Below are positions 20,400 to 29,812 of a stretch of DNA of 37,462 nt, piece after piece. Both the position numbers and the translations under genes were made by a program. This DNA is from Trichomonas gallinae (Eukaryota): the NCBI GenBank assembly GCA_008369845.1, contig MRSU01002564.1, positions 1 through 37,462 on the forward strand, given 5' to 3'. Numbering within the stretch: position 1 is the first letter of the stretch; each line of letters starts with the position of its first letter. Under the pieces are notes generated by a model. That model saw only the letters and a program-made list of their open reading frames with translations. It made no database searches and was not told where the DNA came from.

Positions 20400-20670
20400 A
20401 ATGATTCTTGATATTATCAATGATTCAATCGATTCGACTTTTTAGCTGAATAATCATTCTATAATATTTTAAATATATTGTTAACCTGACTTTCGAAAGT
20501 CGAATCTTATTCTTTTTGTATTATCAATGTTTTAGGTCGTATTTGACTACAATCCATTAATTCTTTTTTACAGACTTTATTGCACAAGATTACTAAATTA
20601 TTCATTTAAATAATTATGTACAATGCAACAACAAAACAACAAACAGTAGATTTGAAATTTTCATTTCACA

Positions 20671-22050
20671 TTATAATATATTTATACCAACAAAACCAGA
20701 GAGCTTCAATGGTCTCTGCTGCTCTTTTAGTTTCTTTTTTTCTTCTATTTCCGCTTGTTCTTTTTCTTTCAGTTTCTTTTTCTCTAATTCTTTCATTTTC
20801 TCTTCCTCTTCACGCTTTTTTTGCTCCTTGAAGCGGCTCCAGATTTCCTTAATCTCTCGATTTCCTCTTGGATTTTGTAGAATTTTTTCGAATCTTTCTT
20901 TTATCGTCATTGAGTTGTTGGCAACATCTCCAAGTGTCAATCCTAGATCAGCTCCATTGTAAAGCAGCCATTCTATAAGTTTTGGTGGCTTATAAATATT
21001 TGTGAGCAAATGTGCTAAAATGCATGGACAGTTAGAACTATTCATATTCACGTTCCATTGGCGTTCTTTCATCATCTTGAAGATTTTCAGGTAGTTGTTC
21101 TCATTATCTTTCGTGAATATTGCATATCTGAGGCCATACCATCCTTTATCGTCTGTCCTGTTTACATTTATTCCCTTTGAAATCACAGCTTCCGCGACAT
21201 CTGGATCTCCAAATCCACAGACCCAGTGAATTGCTGCCGGTGCTTTATATTTCGAGTCGATGTCAGGGTCGTCCAAATATTCCAGAATTTTCAGGCATAT
21301 GTCTTTACACTTCAAAAAGCAAGCAAGAGATAATGCAGTTTGATCATTACTATTTTTAAACGCTACATTAATATTTCCATCCAAAAATAAGTCGACTGCT
21401 TGCATGTCATTGTATACAATGGCTGTCATAAGAGGAGTTCTATCCGAATAAGATGCACTATTTGGCAATGCATCATATATCAATTCTAAACATTTAACAT
21501 ACTTGTTTTGAATTGCATCTGTTATGCAGTCTTCGATAATCATTTTTGACTTGTTTCTGCTTGTTTTCTCTATGCTATAGTTATATTTCGTTATCAGCAG
21601 CTTTAAAATCTCATATGATCCGACATTCATGCACATTTTGATGACGGCTTTTGTTTCGTCTTGAGTATTATAATCGTTTTGGTAAAGTTCTTCGACTTTC
21701 AAGTTTTCATTGAGTGAATAGTATTGGAAAATGTATGAGGCAACCTCAAAAGAATTAAACATACATGCATAATGAAAAGGAGTGTAAAATTTTGCGCTTT
21801 CATTATTAATTTTACCTGAAAAAGATTCGCATTCATTCACCAGGTATACAAAACAATCTATTGCATTAAAATAAGCTGCTACATGTAAGAGGGTCATTTG
21901 CTCTAATGGATATGGCGAATCTTTAATATATTGATCTTGGACAGAGATTTCATATACAGAATCGCTTTGCAGAGGGAGAGTTTTCAGCTGCATGACATCA
22001 TTATTTTTAATCGCTTGGTAAGCCATATCATTATCAGTACCTTTCGTCAT
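20671..22050 (-). CDS. Ankyrin-repeat protein with Lys/Glu-rich C-terminal coiled coil
   Basis: TLLHVAAYFNA, TPFHYACMFNS, TPLMTAIVYND, TALSLAC, AAIHWVCGFG. Start at ATG 22050 (MTKG); the GTG at 22089 lies within the promoter motif. Confidence 0.9.
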   Translation of the reverse strand: MTKGTDNDMAYQAIKNNDVMQLKTLPLQSDSVYEISVQDQYIKDSPYPLEQMTLLHVAAYFNAIDCFVYLVNECESFSGKINNESAKFYTPFHYACMFNSFEVASYIFQYYSLNENLKVEELYQNDYNTQDETKAVIKMCMNVGSYEILKLLITKYNYSIEKTSRNKSKMIIEDCITDAIQNKYVKCLELIYDALPNSASYSDRTPLMTAIVYNDMQAVDLFLDGNINVAFKNSNDQTALSLACFLKCKDICLKILEYLDDPDIDSKYKAPAAIHWVCGFGDPDVAEAVISKGINVNRTDDKGWYGLRYAIFTKDNENNYLKIFKMMKERQWNVNMNSSNCPCILAHLLTNIYKPPKLIEWLLYNGADLGLTLGDVANNSMTIKERFEKILQNPRGNREIKEIWSRFKEQKKREEEEKMKELEKKKLKEKEQAEIEEKKKLKEQQRPLKLSGFVGINIL

Positions 22051-22284
22051 TAATTTGACATCAAATATTACTTTTCTTATATTTGCCACGTAAAAATAGT
22101 CCTGTCAAAAATACCACATTACATGTCAATTTTCAATATTATTCATATCTCATAACCAAATAGTTCAATCATCATTTCAAGGGCACAGAAAATGATGATG
22201 AAAATATTCTTTTTCATTATCTAATTAAATTTTTGATTAATTCTTATCGAAAAAATATTATTGTAGTATTAAAAAATAAAAAGA

Positions 22285-22398
22285 ATGCAATGCATCGAAA
22301 CTAAATAAATCGTAATTTTTGATAATATTTTTTCAAACTGTAATGAATTTGAAAAAAACCAAGTCGAATTTCGATTTAAATATCTTGATGCATTGCAT
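22285..22398. repeat. 114-bp imperfect inverted repeat (fold-back)
   Basis: ATGCAATGCATC (22285-22296) pairs perfectly with GATGCATTGCAT (22387-22398). Inner arms TAAATCG/CGATTTA and TTTTTTCAAA/TTTGAAAAAA. Confidence 0.8.
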
Positions 22399-22435
22399 AC
22401 AAAACGAGTTTTCAATTAATTATCATAAATAAGAT

Positions 22436-22696
22436 TTAGGCGTTAACTCTTGGGCGGATCTCGACCTGATCGGCGAGGTTGATACGACCACCTGTTGGTG
22501 TAGCGAGTGGTGTCTGGCAGTTCTTGCAGTAAACTGGAACGTTGGAGTGAGAAAATGCTGTTGTAAGAGCTGTGCAAGATGGGCAGCGAAGAGAAAGGAA
22601 CTCGGAACGTGGGTTTGGAACAAGAGTCATCTTCTTGTTCTTGTGGGCTTCCTGCTCGACGGATGGGTGAAGAATATCGACGTCAAGGGTGGTCAT
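22436..22696 (-). CDS. RPS27: 40S ribosomal protein S27 (eS27)
   Basis: DILHPS...E..K.K...LVPNPRSEF, C-x2-C-x15-C-x2-C zinc ribbon, PTGGR. Confidence 0.97.
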   Translation of the reverse strand: MTTLDVDILHPSVEQEAHKNKKMTLVPNPRSEFLSLRCPSCTALTTAFSHSNVPVYCKNCQTPLATPTGGRINLADQVEIRPRVNA

Positions 22697-22701
22697 TTTT
22701 C

Positions 22702-22713
22702 AAAGGGCAGACC
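22702..22713 (-). promoter_or_regulatory. M5 (CCTTT) element, context GGTCTGCCCTTT
   Basis: On the minus strand, 5 nt upstream of the RPS27 ATG; mirrors the RPS16 element. Confidence 0.7.
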
Positions 22714-22845
22714 ACAACTTTACATATCGTCCAAATCCAACATTTTACATGACAAAAATCAAATTGTCTTCAATTTGAAATAATTTTATATTTATATACA
22801 ATTAATCATTTTATTAATATTTCTTAGTTCAAAACACAAAATAAT

Positions 22846-23058
22846 TTTTTGACAACAAATCTAAATCTCAATGCTATAAAATTATTTTGGATTTCAACAT
22901 TATGATATATTTAATTAGTATTTTTTATTTCAAAATTGATTTTTGAATTTTTGACAGCGAATCAATTTTTCAAAAGACTAAAATTATTTTGGATTTAAAC
23001 ACTATTTTCTATTTAATAAATATTTCATTATTCAAAATTAACTATTCAGTTTTTGACA
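22846..23058. repeat. Direct tandem duplication, about 102-bp unit
   Basis: AAATTATTTTGGATTT(C/A)AACA(T/C)TAT at about 22879 and 22981; TTTTTGACA at about 22846, 22948 and 23049. Confidence 0.8.
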
Positions 23059-23122
23059 AATCTTATTTACATGTCAAAATTATAAATTACATGACAAAAA
23101 TATTTTCCAAGATTCCCTAATT

Positions 23123-23584
23123 ATGGGATCATGTTTTACTAAGCTATTAGAAGAATATTTTGATATGAAAAACTCATCTAATACTAGTATCGAGACATTG
23201 AGGTTAAAATACAAAGAATTAGCATCAATTCAACATTTAAAATTATTAACTGCAGATAAACAGGTCGCGAATATCACAGTATCCAAAAGAAAACATCTTG
23301 CTAATTACGTAGCTTCTAAAGTTTTGATAAATGAACCACAAGATAATTTTTCATCAGATCATGATAAACGTATGATCGAAGTAAATAGCTTCTTCGAAGA
23401 ATCAAACAAAAAATTACGCTCAGAAAAAGAAAATTATGAATCAAACACACAATTGATTAAATCTCAATTGAGCAGCCTCAAAGAGAAGCTTTCAGAGCTG
23501 GAATCTGATCAAAAAAAGATTCAAAAAGAATATGAGCAATACGTATTATTAAAGAACAAATACAAAGCCATGAAAAATCAATAA
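23123..23584 (+). CDS. Hypothetical coiled-coil protein (153 aa)
   Basis: ATG-initiated ORF with a heptad-rich K/E/Q C-terminal half, preceded by two TTACATG(T/A)CA promoter motifs. Confidence 0.75.
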   Translation: MGSCFTKLLEEYFDMKNSSNTSIETLRLKYKELASIQHLKLLTADKQVANITVSKRKHLANYVASKVLINEPQDNFSSDHDKRMIEVNSFFEESNKKLRSEKENYESNTQLIKSQLSSLKEKLSELESDQKKIQKEYEQYVLLKNKYKAMKNQ

Positions 23585-23823
23585 TCAAATTTTATTGACG
23601 GAAATATTTTATTTTACTCATTGTAATTCAAATATATCTCATTATAATTGAAGACAAAGCTTATTACAGCTTCTAATTTTGTATCATTTTGATATATTTT
23701 ATTATTCGACCACAAATATTGGCATTCATATGCTTAATTGTTAAGGATCTTTATATATTATGTTTTTATGCTGTTTATAAAAATATTAAATTTACGCTTT
23801 ATCAATTTTATAGTTTTAACTAA

Positions 23824-24741
23824 TTACATATTCAAAATTTGTTTAACCTCGTTAAGCTGCTCTGGTGTCATGTTCTTTGGCCATCTAATATAACGATTTA
23901 CAACAACATCTCCGAAATATCCTGGATACATGTATTTTGGAAGCCCGCGTGATTTAATAACTATTGGATCGGAAAATGGCTTCGTGGAAACAATTTCTAA
24001 TGGCTGTCCATCAATTCCAGTAATTGTTCTCTTGAAACCAAGAATTGCTTCTCTAAGTGTAATGTTAACTGTTGTATGCAAGTCATCGCCTATTCTAGTG
24101 TAAACTGGATGAGGTTTTGAAACACATTCGACATCGATATCTCCAGCACCATTTTCTTCACTAACATCTGCTACGCCCTTGAGGGTTACAATATGTCCTT
24201 CTTCAAATCCTCTTTCTAAAAATGTTTTAACAATTTTATGTTCGCGGAGTGTTGGTTTTCCTTTGCATTTCGAGCAGTAAAATCCTGCTGATGGGCATCT
24301 ACACATGTTTGTACGAGAAATATTTAATTCAATTGCTTGGCCTGTGTAAAAAGATTCGAGATTCACTGGATATGTTATTCTAACAGTTGATCCGCGATGT
24401 TTGATTTTGTCTGAGTTTGAACTTGATGATTTTGTGAGTTGGAGCATCATTTCTGTGTTTTCTGCAGGAGATTCATAGAGATGAACTCCTGGCTCGCCAT
24501 AAAGATCGTAAACTCTTCTTTTATTTGGATCCAAAAGTGTCTGGTATGCATCATTAATATCTGTGAATATATCTGCAGCTTTGGGATCCTTATTCTTATC
24601 TGGATGGAATTTTTTCGAAAGTTTCATGTAAGATCTTTTGATTTGTGCATCAGAAGCATCATGAGTGATCTCCAAAACCTTGTAGAAATCTCTATTTTGA
24701 TCACTAGAAATCAAGTTTATACTAAAAATCAAAGAAATCAT
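23824..24741 (-). CDS. DnaJ/Hsp40 co-chaperone, ER-lumenal ERdj3/DNAJB11-like
   Basis: Short signal MISLIFSINLISS; J-domain RDFYKVL...HPDKN...YDLYGE; reduced Cys region; C-terminal HPVYTR.GDDLH...ITLREAILGF. Inr TCACTT about 12 nt upstream of ATG 24741. Confidence 0.92.
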   Translation of the reverse strand: MISLIFSINLISSDQNRDFYKVLEITHDASDAQIKRSYMKLSKKFHPDKNKDPKAADIFTDINDAYQTLLDPNKRRVYDLYGEPGVHLYESPAENTEMMLQLTKSSSSNSDKIKHRGSTVRITYPVNLESFYTGQAIELNISRTNMCRCPSAGFYCSKCKGKPTLREHKIVKTFLERGFEEGHIVTLKGVADVSEENGAGDIDVECVSKPHPVYTRIGDDLHTTVNITLREAILGFKRTITGIDGQPLEIVSTKPFSDPIVIKSRGLPKYMYPGYFGDVVVNRYIRWPKNMTPEQLNEVKQILNM

Positions 24742-24755
24742 AATTTTAATAAAAG

Positions 24756-24915
24756 TGACAAATTTCTGATTTTTGACATATAAATACATCTTTTATGACA
24801 CGTAAATACTAACATTTTTGACACTCAAAAATCAATTTTTGACACGTAAATATATTTTATGACCTGTAAATCAATTTTTTAGATATTTATGACACGTAAA
24901 CAAAATTTTGTGACA
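24756..24915. promoter_or_regulatory. Phased array of TGACAYGTAAA-like elements in a bidirectional promoter
   Basis: TGAC cores at 24756, 24774, 24796, 24819, 24840, 24860, 24890 and 24911, including three perfect TGACACGTAAA. Confidence 0.7.
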
Positions 24916-25013
24916 TTTTTAATATAAGGTTAATATTTTTTCAGGCCGAATATTAGTGATATGATATATTGGGGTATAGATCTATTTAATGCACGCATTT
25001 TAATATCATTTTT

Positions 25014-27443
25014 ATGTCTTTCACCCTTCCATATTCGATCGAAACATGCTACCATATGGAAGGGGTGTTTCAGATAAGGCCATGCAATAGGGGCGGTTTG
25101 GTAGCATTTCTGAGTCAGTATAAGCTTTTTGTTTGCGATTCAGGAAAAATTAATTGTCCTTTAGTAACGAAATACGAACTAACTGAAAAACAAATACAGA
25201 CATACGGACCACTTTACTGGGTGCAATGGTTTGACACCCAAAGTTTGGCATTTGGAACATGTTATGGAATAATTTTTATCGCTGAAATCATTTCCAAGCA
25301 AAATATCATTACCATTTCTGGTACATATGACATAAATATACCTATAACATCCATTTTCGCAGCGTATAATCATCTTGCAATTTGCCAAAATAATTCCAAA
25401 ATAATTTTCATTACAAAATTGGGAAGAGTATCATCAGAAATCGATTTCAATAGAGAAGGATCGCGATTTAGCTCTGTTGAATACATATATCCAAAATATT
25501 TTTCAGGCATATATGGAGGCGTGCCAGTAGTTGCATTTATAGACCAGAATACTATAGAAAACAAGTCACAGTTTCTCTTTAATTTCGAAAATGTTACGAA
25601 TGCTAAGCTTTGCGCATATTGCCCGAGCAAATCTGCTCTTGCTTACTCATTAGACGATAATTCAGTGAAAATTACGATAGTTGGCATGACAATGGAAACA
25701 ATTGCCAATATTACTCCGCCAGGTGATGATCATGTAAATAAATTATATTGGTCTAAGGACGGTAGATGCTTATTTATCTTCTTTTCTACTGGCAAAGTTG
25801 TGCTGTTTTTAGCAAACGTTTCAGAGAGAATCACATTTATGATGCCTGAGCTAGAAAATGCTGTTGAAATAGGTTTTGATTCTCAAACTCAGCAATTATT
25901 CATTTCTGACCTCAAGAACGTGACATGCATTCATTTGGCAGAAAATAATCACTCATTGCTTTACTCTCCTGGCTTATTATTCGATCTTCGAGCTAAAAAA
26001 ACAATTGGAAAAATTGGAGTCGAGCCAAGTCTTCCTAATGAGTTATATCCAATAATGTACGCTATAAGACATCAAAACAACTATGCTGCAGCTAACAAAA
26101 ACGGAATTGTAATTAAATTTGATGATTTAATTTCAGATTTCATTCCTTACAAAATGAAAAACATGGAATTTTGCGGTGAATATTTGTTTGTATTCGGCCA
26201 GTCAGTGAAAAGAGACGACAAAACTTGGTTTTCATGCAATGTTTTCGATAAGTCTTTCAAATCAGTTGCTTATTTCGAAATAAAACATACACCAACTCAT
26301 ATTTCGGCATATGGAAACACCCTCCTTGTCTCATGTCATAATTATTATACTTATATCGATATAACTAATGAAACTTCACCGATTCCACTAGGAAAAAAGT
26401 ACATCAAATTGGAGACAATCAAAAATACAATACAAATTTCAATAATAGGATCCGCTATTGGCGAAGGAAGACGCGCATTTATTCTATATCAGGATAGAGC
26501 TGTTATTTCATTTCCATCCAACGAGTTAGTAGCAAAAGATGTCAGATGCATCTGGAATAGCGATTGTCCAGTGCTCACTGTCGCTCAAAAATACGATTCT
26601 TCGATATTATTTTATCAAAATGCTTCATTTACGCTTTCTAATACAGTTTATTTTAATGACATTATGAATATATATTCACTGTCGCCAAATCAGACAGTCG
26701 GCGCGATTAATTCTTTCTCCCAAAATTATATTTCTGCATTTATTACAGAGTTTCGCATAAATAACAGCAAATCTAAATCAATATATGATTTAGTGAAAAC
26801 ATATCATAATATTCCTCAAATTTACAGCAGTGCAGTTCAAATTATATTCAATCGCAAAAAAAGCAAGGTAGAAGAGCTTTTTAATTGCATTGTGCAGATT
26901 CTAACACGAGAAGAACTGGCTGAAACGATATCAAACGCATTTAAATCCCTTAAATTCGAGCAGAGACTAATGATATTTGGACAAAAATGCTTAAATTGGG
27001 AAGAAATCTTGAACAATTTGCAAGCAAACGATGCAACCAGGCTTATAATGAACGTTCATCCCAAGAACCTATATGAATTCCTTAAGGGAATCAAACTTAA
27101 TGATGGAAATTCGATTCTCAAATATTTATTGAAAATTTCCACATTAATTCCAATCTTTATATTTTGTGATGTGTACAGAATCAACTTTGGTGACATTGTT
27201 GATGATATTGATGGATATATGGCCGCAAGATCTATAAGAATCGACAAAAATAGATTAGATAATCCCCATTTTGTTGAATTCATGGATAAAATTAAGGTGT
27301 TTGTTACGCAACATGGAAATTATAGATTATTGTATGCTATTCTAATTTCAACAAACGATGTTCTTTCTCAACAGATAGAAATTGACCATCCAGAAGATAA
27401 AGTAGAACTAGATAAGATCAAAAATCAGATTACTTATAAATAG
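25014..27443 (+). CDS. Large hypothetical protein, predicted N-terminal beta-propeller(s) and helical C-terminus (possibly RIC1-like)
   Basis: 809-aa ORF with Inr TCATTT at 25006; WD-like blades (VNKLYWSKDGRCLFIFFSTGKV; AYCPSKSALAYSLDDNSV). The family assignment is tentative. Confidence 0.8.
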   Translation: MSFTLPYSIETCYHMEGVFQIRPCNRGGLVAFLSQYKLFVCDSGKINCPLVTKYELTEKQIQTYGPLYWVQWFDTQSLAFGTCYGIIFIAEIISKQNIITISGTYDINIPITSIFAAYNHLAICQNNSKIIFITKLGRVSSEIDFNREGSRFSSVEYIYPKYFSGIYGGVPVVAFIDQNTIENKSQFLFNFENVTNAKLCAYCPSKSALAYSLDDNSVKITIVGMTMETIANITPPGDDHVNKLYWSKDGRCLFIFFSTGKVVLFLANVSERITFMMPELENAVEIGFDSQTQQLFISDLKNVTCIHLAENNHSLLYSPGLLFDLRAKKTIGKIGVEPSLPNELYPIMYAIRHQNNYAAANKNGIVIKFDDLISDFIPYKMKNMEFCGEYLFVFGQSVKRDDKTWFSCNVFDKSFKSVAYFEIKHTPTHISAYGNTLLVSCHNYYTYIDITNETSPIPLGKKYIKLETIKNTIQISIIGSAIGEGRRAFILYQDRAVISFPSNELVAKDVRCIWNSDCPVLTVAQKYDSSILFYQNASFTLSNTVYFNDIMNIYSLSPNQTVGAINSFSQNYISAFITEFRINNSKSKSIYDLVKTYHNIPQIYSSAVQIIFNRKKSKVEELFNCIVQILTREELAETISNAFKSLKFEQRLMIFGQKCLNWEEILNNLQANDATRLIMNVHPKNLYEFLKGIKLNDGNSILKYLLKISTLIPIFIFCDVYRINFGDIVDDIDGYMAARSIRIDKNRLDNPHFVEFMDKIKVFVTQHGNYRLLYAILISTNDVLSQQIEIDHPEDKVELDKIKNQITYK

Positions 27444-28511
27444 AGTGTTTTTTTTTTATAATAAATAAAATTGTTATGTTTGATTTTTTCTCTTTGTTAT
27501 ATGTATATTTCATTATAAGTGAATTTAATATCCAATGTCCCTTTATTATATGTGATTAAAAACCTTGTATTTAGATTAATAAAATTAAAACATTTTAGCT
27601 ATTTTGTGGTTTAGAATTATTTAACTGTTGTATTAAGATTTATATCTGCGTGCATGATCAGTTTTGTATTCTCTATATATAACAAAAATATCATACAAAA
27701 CTTGGTATGTTACTCATAATTGGATATATATAACATTGGTAGAAGAATTAATATACATTAATCGAGGAATTTTCGAGAAAAAGTGATTTTTAATTTTGGA
27801 CTTTAAATCGACTTTATCTTTCTATGTAATGACTTTTGCTACTCATTGAAACGTAACATAAGCCTATATTTTCGTTCTCTACCTAATCATTGTATTTTTT
27901 CTGAATTTACTTCGTTTTTTGTTATTACATATCATTTCGACGAATTTTCGATAATTCGTATATAAGTGCGTTCAACTTAGCATCTACTTGAGCAACTAAA
28001 TATAGTCATAAGATCAGAAGATAGTGTTGTCGGTGAAGTTCATTTTGTGATCACCAACCCAGAAATGAGTTGTTGTATCTTTGAACTCAAAGATATTTCG
28101 GCAAGAAATACGTTATTTCAATATAACGTCAAAAAAATCATCCTTTTTCCACAATTTATATTACTCATGTTAAAGTACAACACGAAGTATCAATAAACAT
28201 GTATTTTCCATACAATTAACTTATATATTAAAACATATTTGAGATACGCAGAATATTCTTTTTTTATCAAATCAGTATTTTTCAACTGTTAGTAGCAAAA
28301 AATGACTGCAGAAACAAATTCATTAATGACATGCCAAAATACTTACCTGATTGTTTTATTGATAGTGATATTGCGTTTGATTACGCTGATAAGACTTCTC
28401 GCTCTTGTATTAATTTATATAAATATCAACAAGAGAGATTCTTTGGATTAGATATCTCTAATTTATGTATCTAGAATTGACTAGCATTGTGCGCATGTGA
28501 AATTTAATATT

Positions 28512-28601
28512 TGACATGTAAATATAATCTTTTGCCATTTATTCAATTAATTTACCATGTAAAACATCCTATTGTCATAAATACTCTTTTTGCCATGTAA
28601 A
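28512..28601 (+). promoter_or_regulatory. Five TGNCATGTAAA-like elements at about 20-bp spacing upstream of LZTFL1
   Basis: TGACATGTAAA 28512, TGCCATTTA 28533, TACCATGTAAA 28553, TGTCATAAA 28573, TGCCATGTAAA 28591; AAAGTGAC (M2-like) at 28620. Confidence 0.65.
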
Positions 28602-28634
28602 TATACTTACAACTAATTAAAAGTGACAGTATCT

Positions 28635-29246
28635 ATGTCTCAACAACTCAATACTGTTCATCTGGAACAAATTATCAGCTATTTACAGTTCGTTGATAAA
28701 AACCGTAAACATATTTTATCGGAAGTTAAAGAAGAAATCACTGATCACATTGAATCAAGAGTTGATGATGCAGAAACTTATTCAGGATCAGAAGTTTTCG
28801 ACGCACTTGAAGATTTACCAGATCTTCTCGATACTATGCTCGACAGAGAGCTTGAACATCAAAGAGATATTTCTGTATTTTTAATTCAGCGCGTTTTTGA
28901 ACAATTCCGCCAATTGAACATGGAAATATCCCTCAAAGTTCCAATGCTTGAGAATGAAAGAGATATTAAGAGCTCTCATGAACTTTGCGAAGATCTTACA
29001 ATAAAACCAGCTGAAACTTTGAAGTCAGCACCCTTGCCCCCAAAGGATGCCAAACGTGTAGGTGATAAAATACAAGAAATGAAATTCCAGAAACAATCTA
29101 GAGTTCCTCAGGCAGTTTTGGCCGAGAATTTAAGGCTGAAGAAGCAAATTGAAGATGAAATCAACGCATTCCCACAATACAAGAAACTTTTAGAGATGAT
29201 TCGTGAAAGAGAAATAGAATTGAACGGATTAAAAGCTTGTTTATAA
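28635..29246 (+). CDS. LZTFL1: Leucine zipper transcription factor-like 1 (BBS17; BBSome/ciliary trafficking regulator) homolog
   Basis: LN..H.EQII.YL.F....R...L.EV....D..ESRV...TYS..EV...L..L......EL.......LI...F.Q....LEN matches the LZTFL1 N-terminus; C-terminal QYKKLLEMI..RE.EL..LK. Start at ATG 28635. Confidence 0.82.
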   Translation: MSQQLNTVHLEQIISYLQFVDKNRKHILSEVKEEITDHIESRVDDAETYSGSEVFDALEDLPDLLDTMLDRELEHQRDISVFLIQRVFEQFRQLNMEISLKVPMLENERDIKSSHELCEDLTIKPAETLKSAPLPPKDAKRVGDKIQEMKFQKQSRVPQAVLAENLRLKKQIEDEINAFPQYKKLLEMIREREIELNGLKACL

Positions 29247-29812
29247 TTCATACTAACTTCACCGCATCTTCCCTAATTCATTGTTTGATTATCTTTTATT
29301 TCAATTTTTTTATCAAAATTTTATTCTTTCTAATTTCAACCATTTAACTATCGACCATATAAGATCAGTGCAGTCTTATATATAAATGTTAAGCTCCAAG
29401 ATAATTTATCAAAATAAAAAAATCTAAGGACTAATCATATGTTCTACGAAGAGGAATATTAGACATGAGATAAACAACATGTTTTCGTTATAATTATACC
29501 GATAAATGATTTTTTGCCTGAAATGAAAAATTATCAAAGAATCATAGAGTTTTCCAATAATGTGTAATTAATTATCACAAAAGTAAGGGTAGATGAGCTA
29601 TATAGTTGAATAAGGAGCTATAATTTCAAGATTTAGATTTGGAAAATTATGAAATTAAAGAATTAATGATACATTTAACGGAGAAAATCACTAAAAATAG
29701 AATAAAGATGAAATATTTCGTGTTTTTTTTTGAAAAATAATTTTTTGTCGGGAAATAAAAAAAAATTTGAATAGCTATGTTCAGATAAAAAAAAATTTTT
29801 TTTACTAAAAAA

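Noticed and set aside
24756..24915. CRISPR-like regularly spaced repeats
   Set aside because: Repeats are only about 11 bp with about 10-bp AT-rich spacers, the context is eukaryotic and there are no cas genes; better explained as phased promoter motifs.
28339..28500. U1 snRNA-like: ATACTTACCTG 5' end and Sm-like AATTTATG about 120 nt later
   Set aside because: No convincing helix H, U1-70K loop (GATCACGAAG) or U1A loop (ATTGCAC) in the right order, and very AT-rich. An Infernal search with the Rfam U1 model would settle it.
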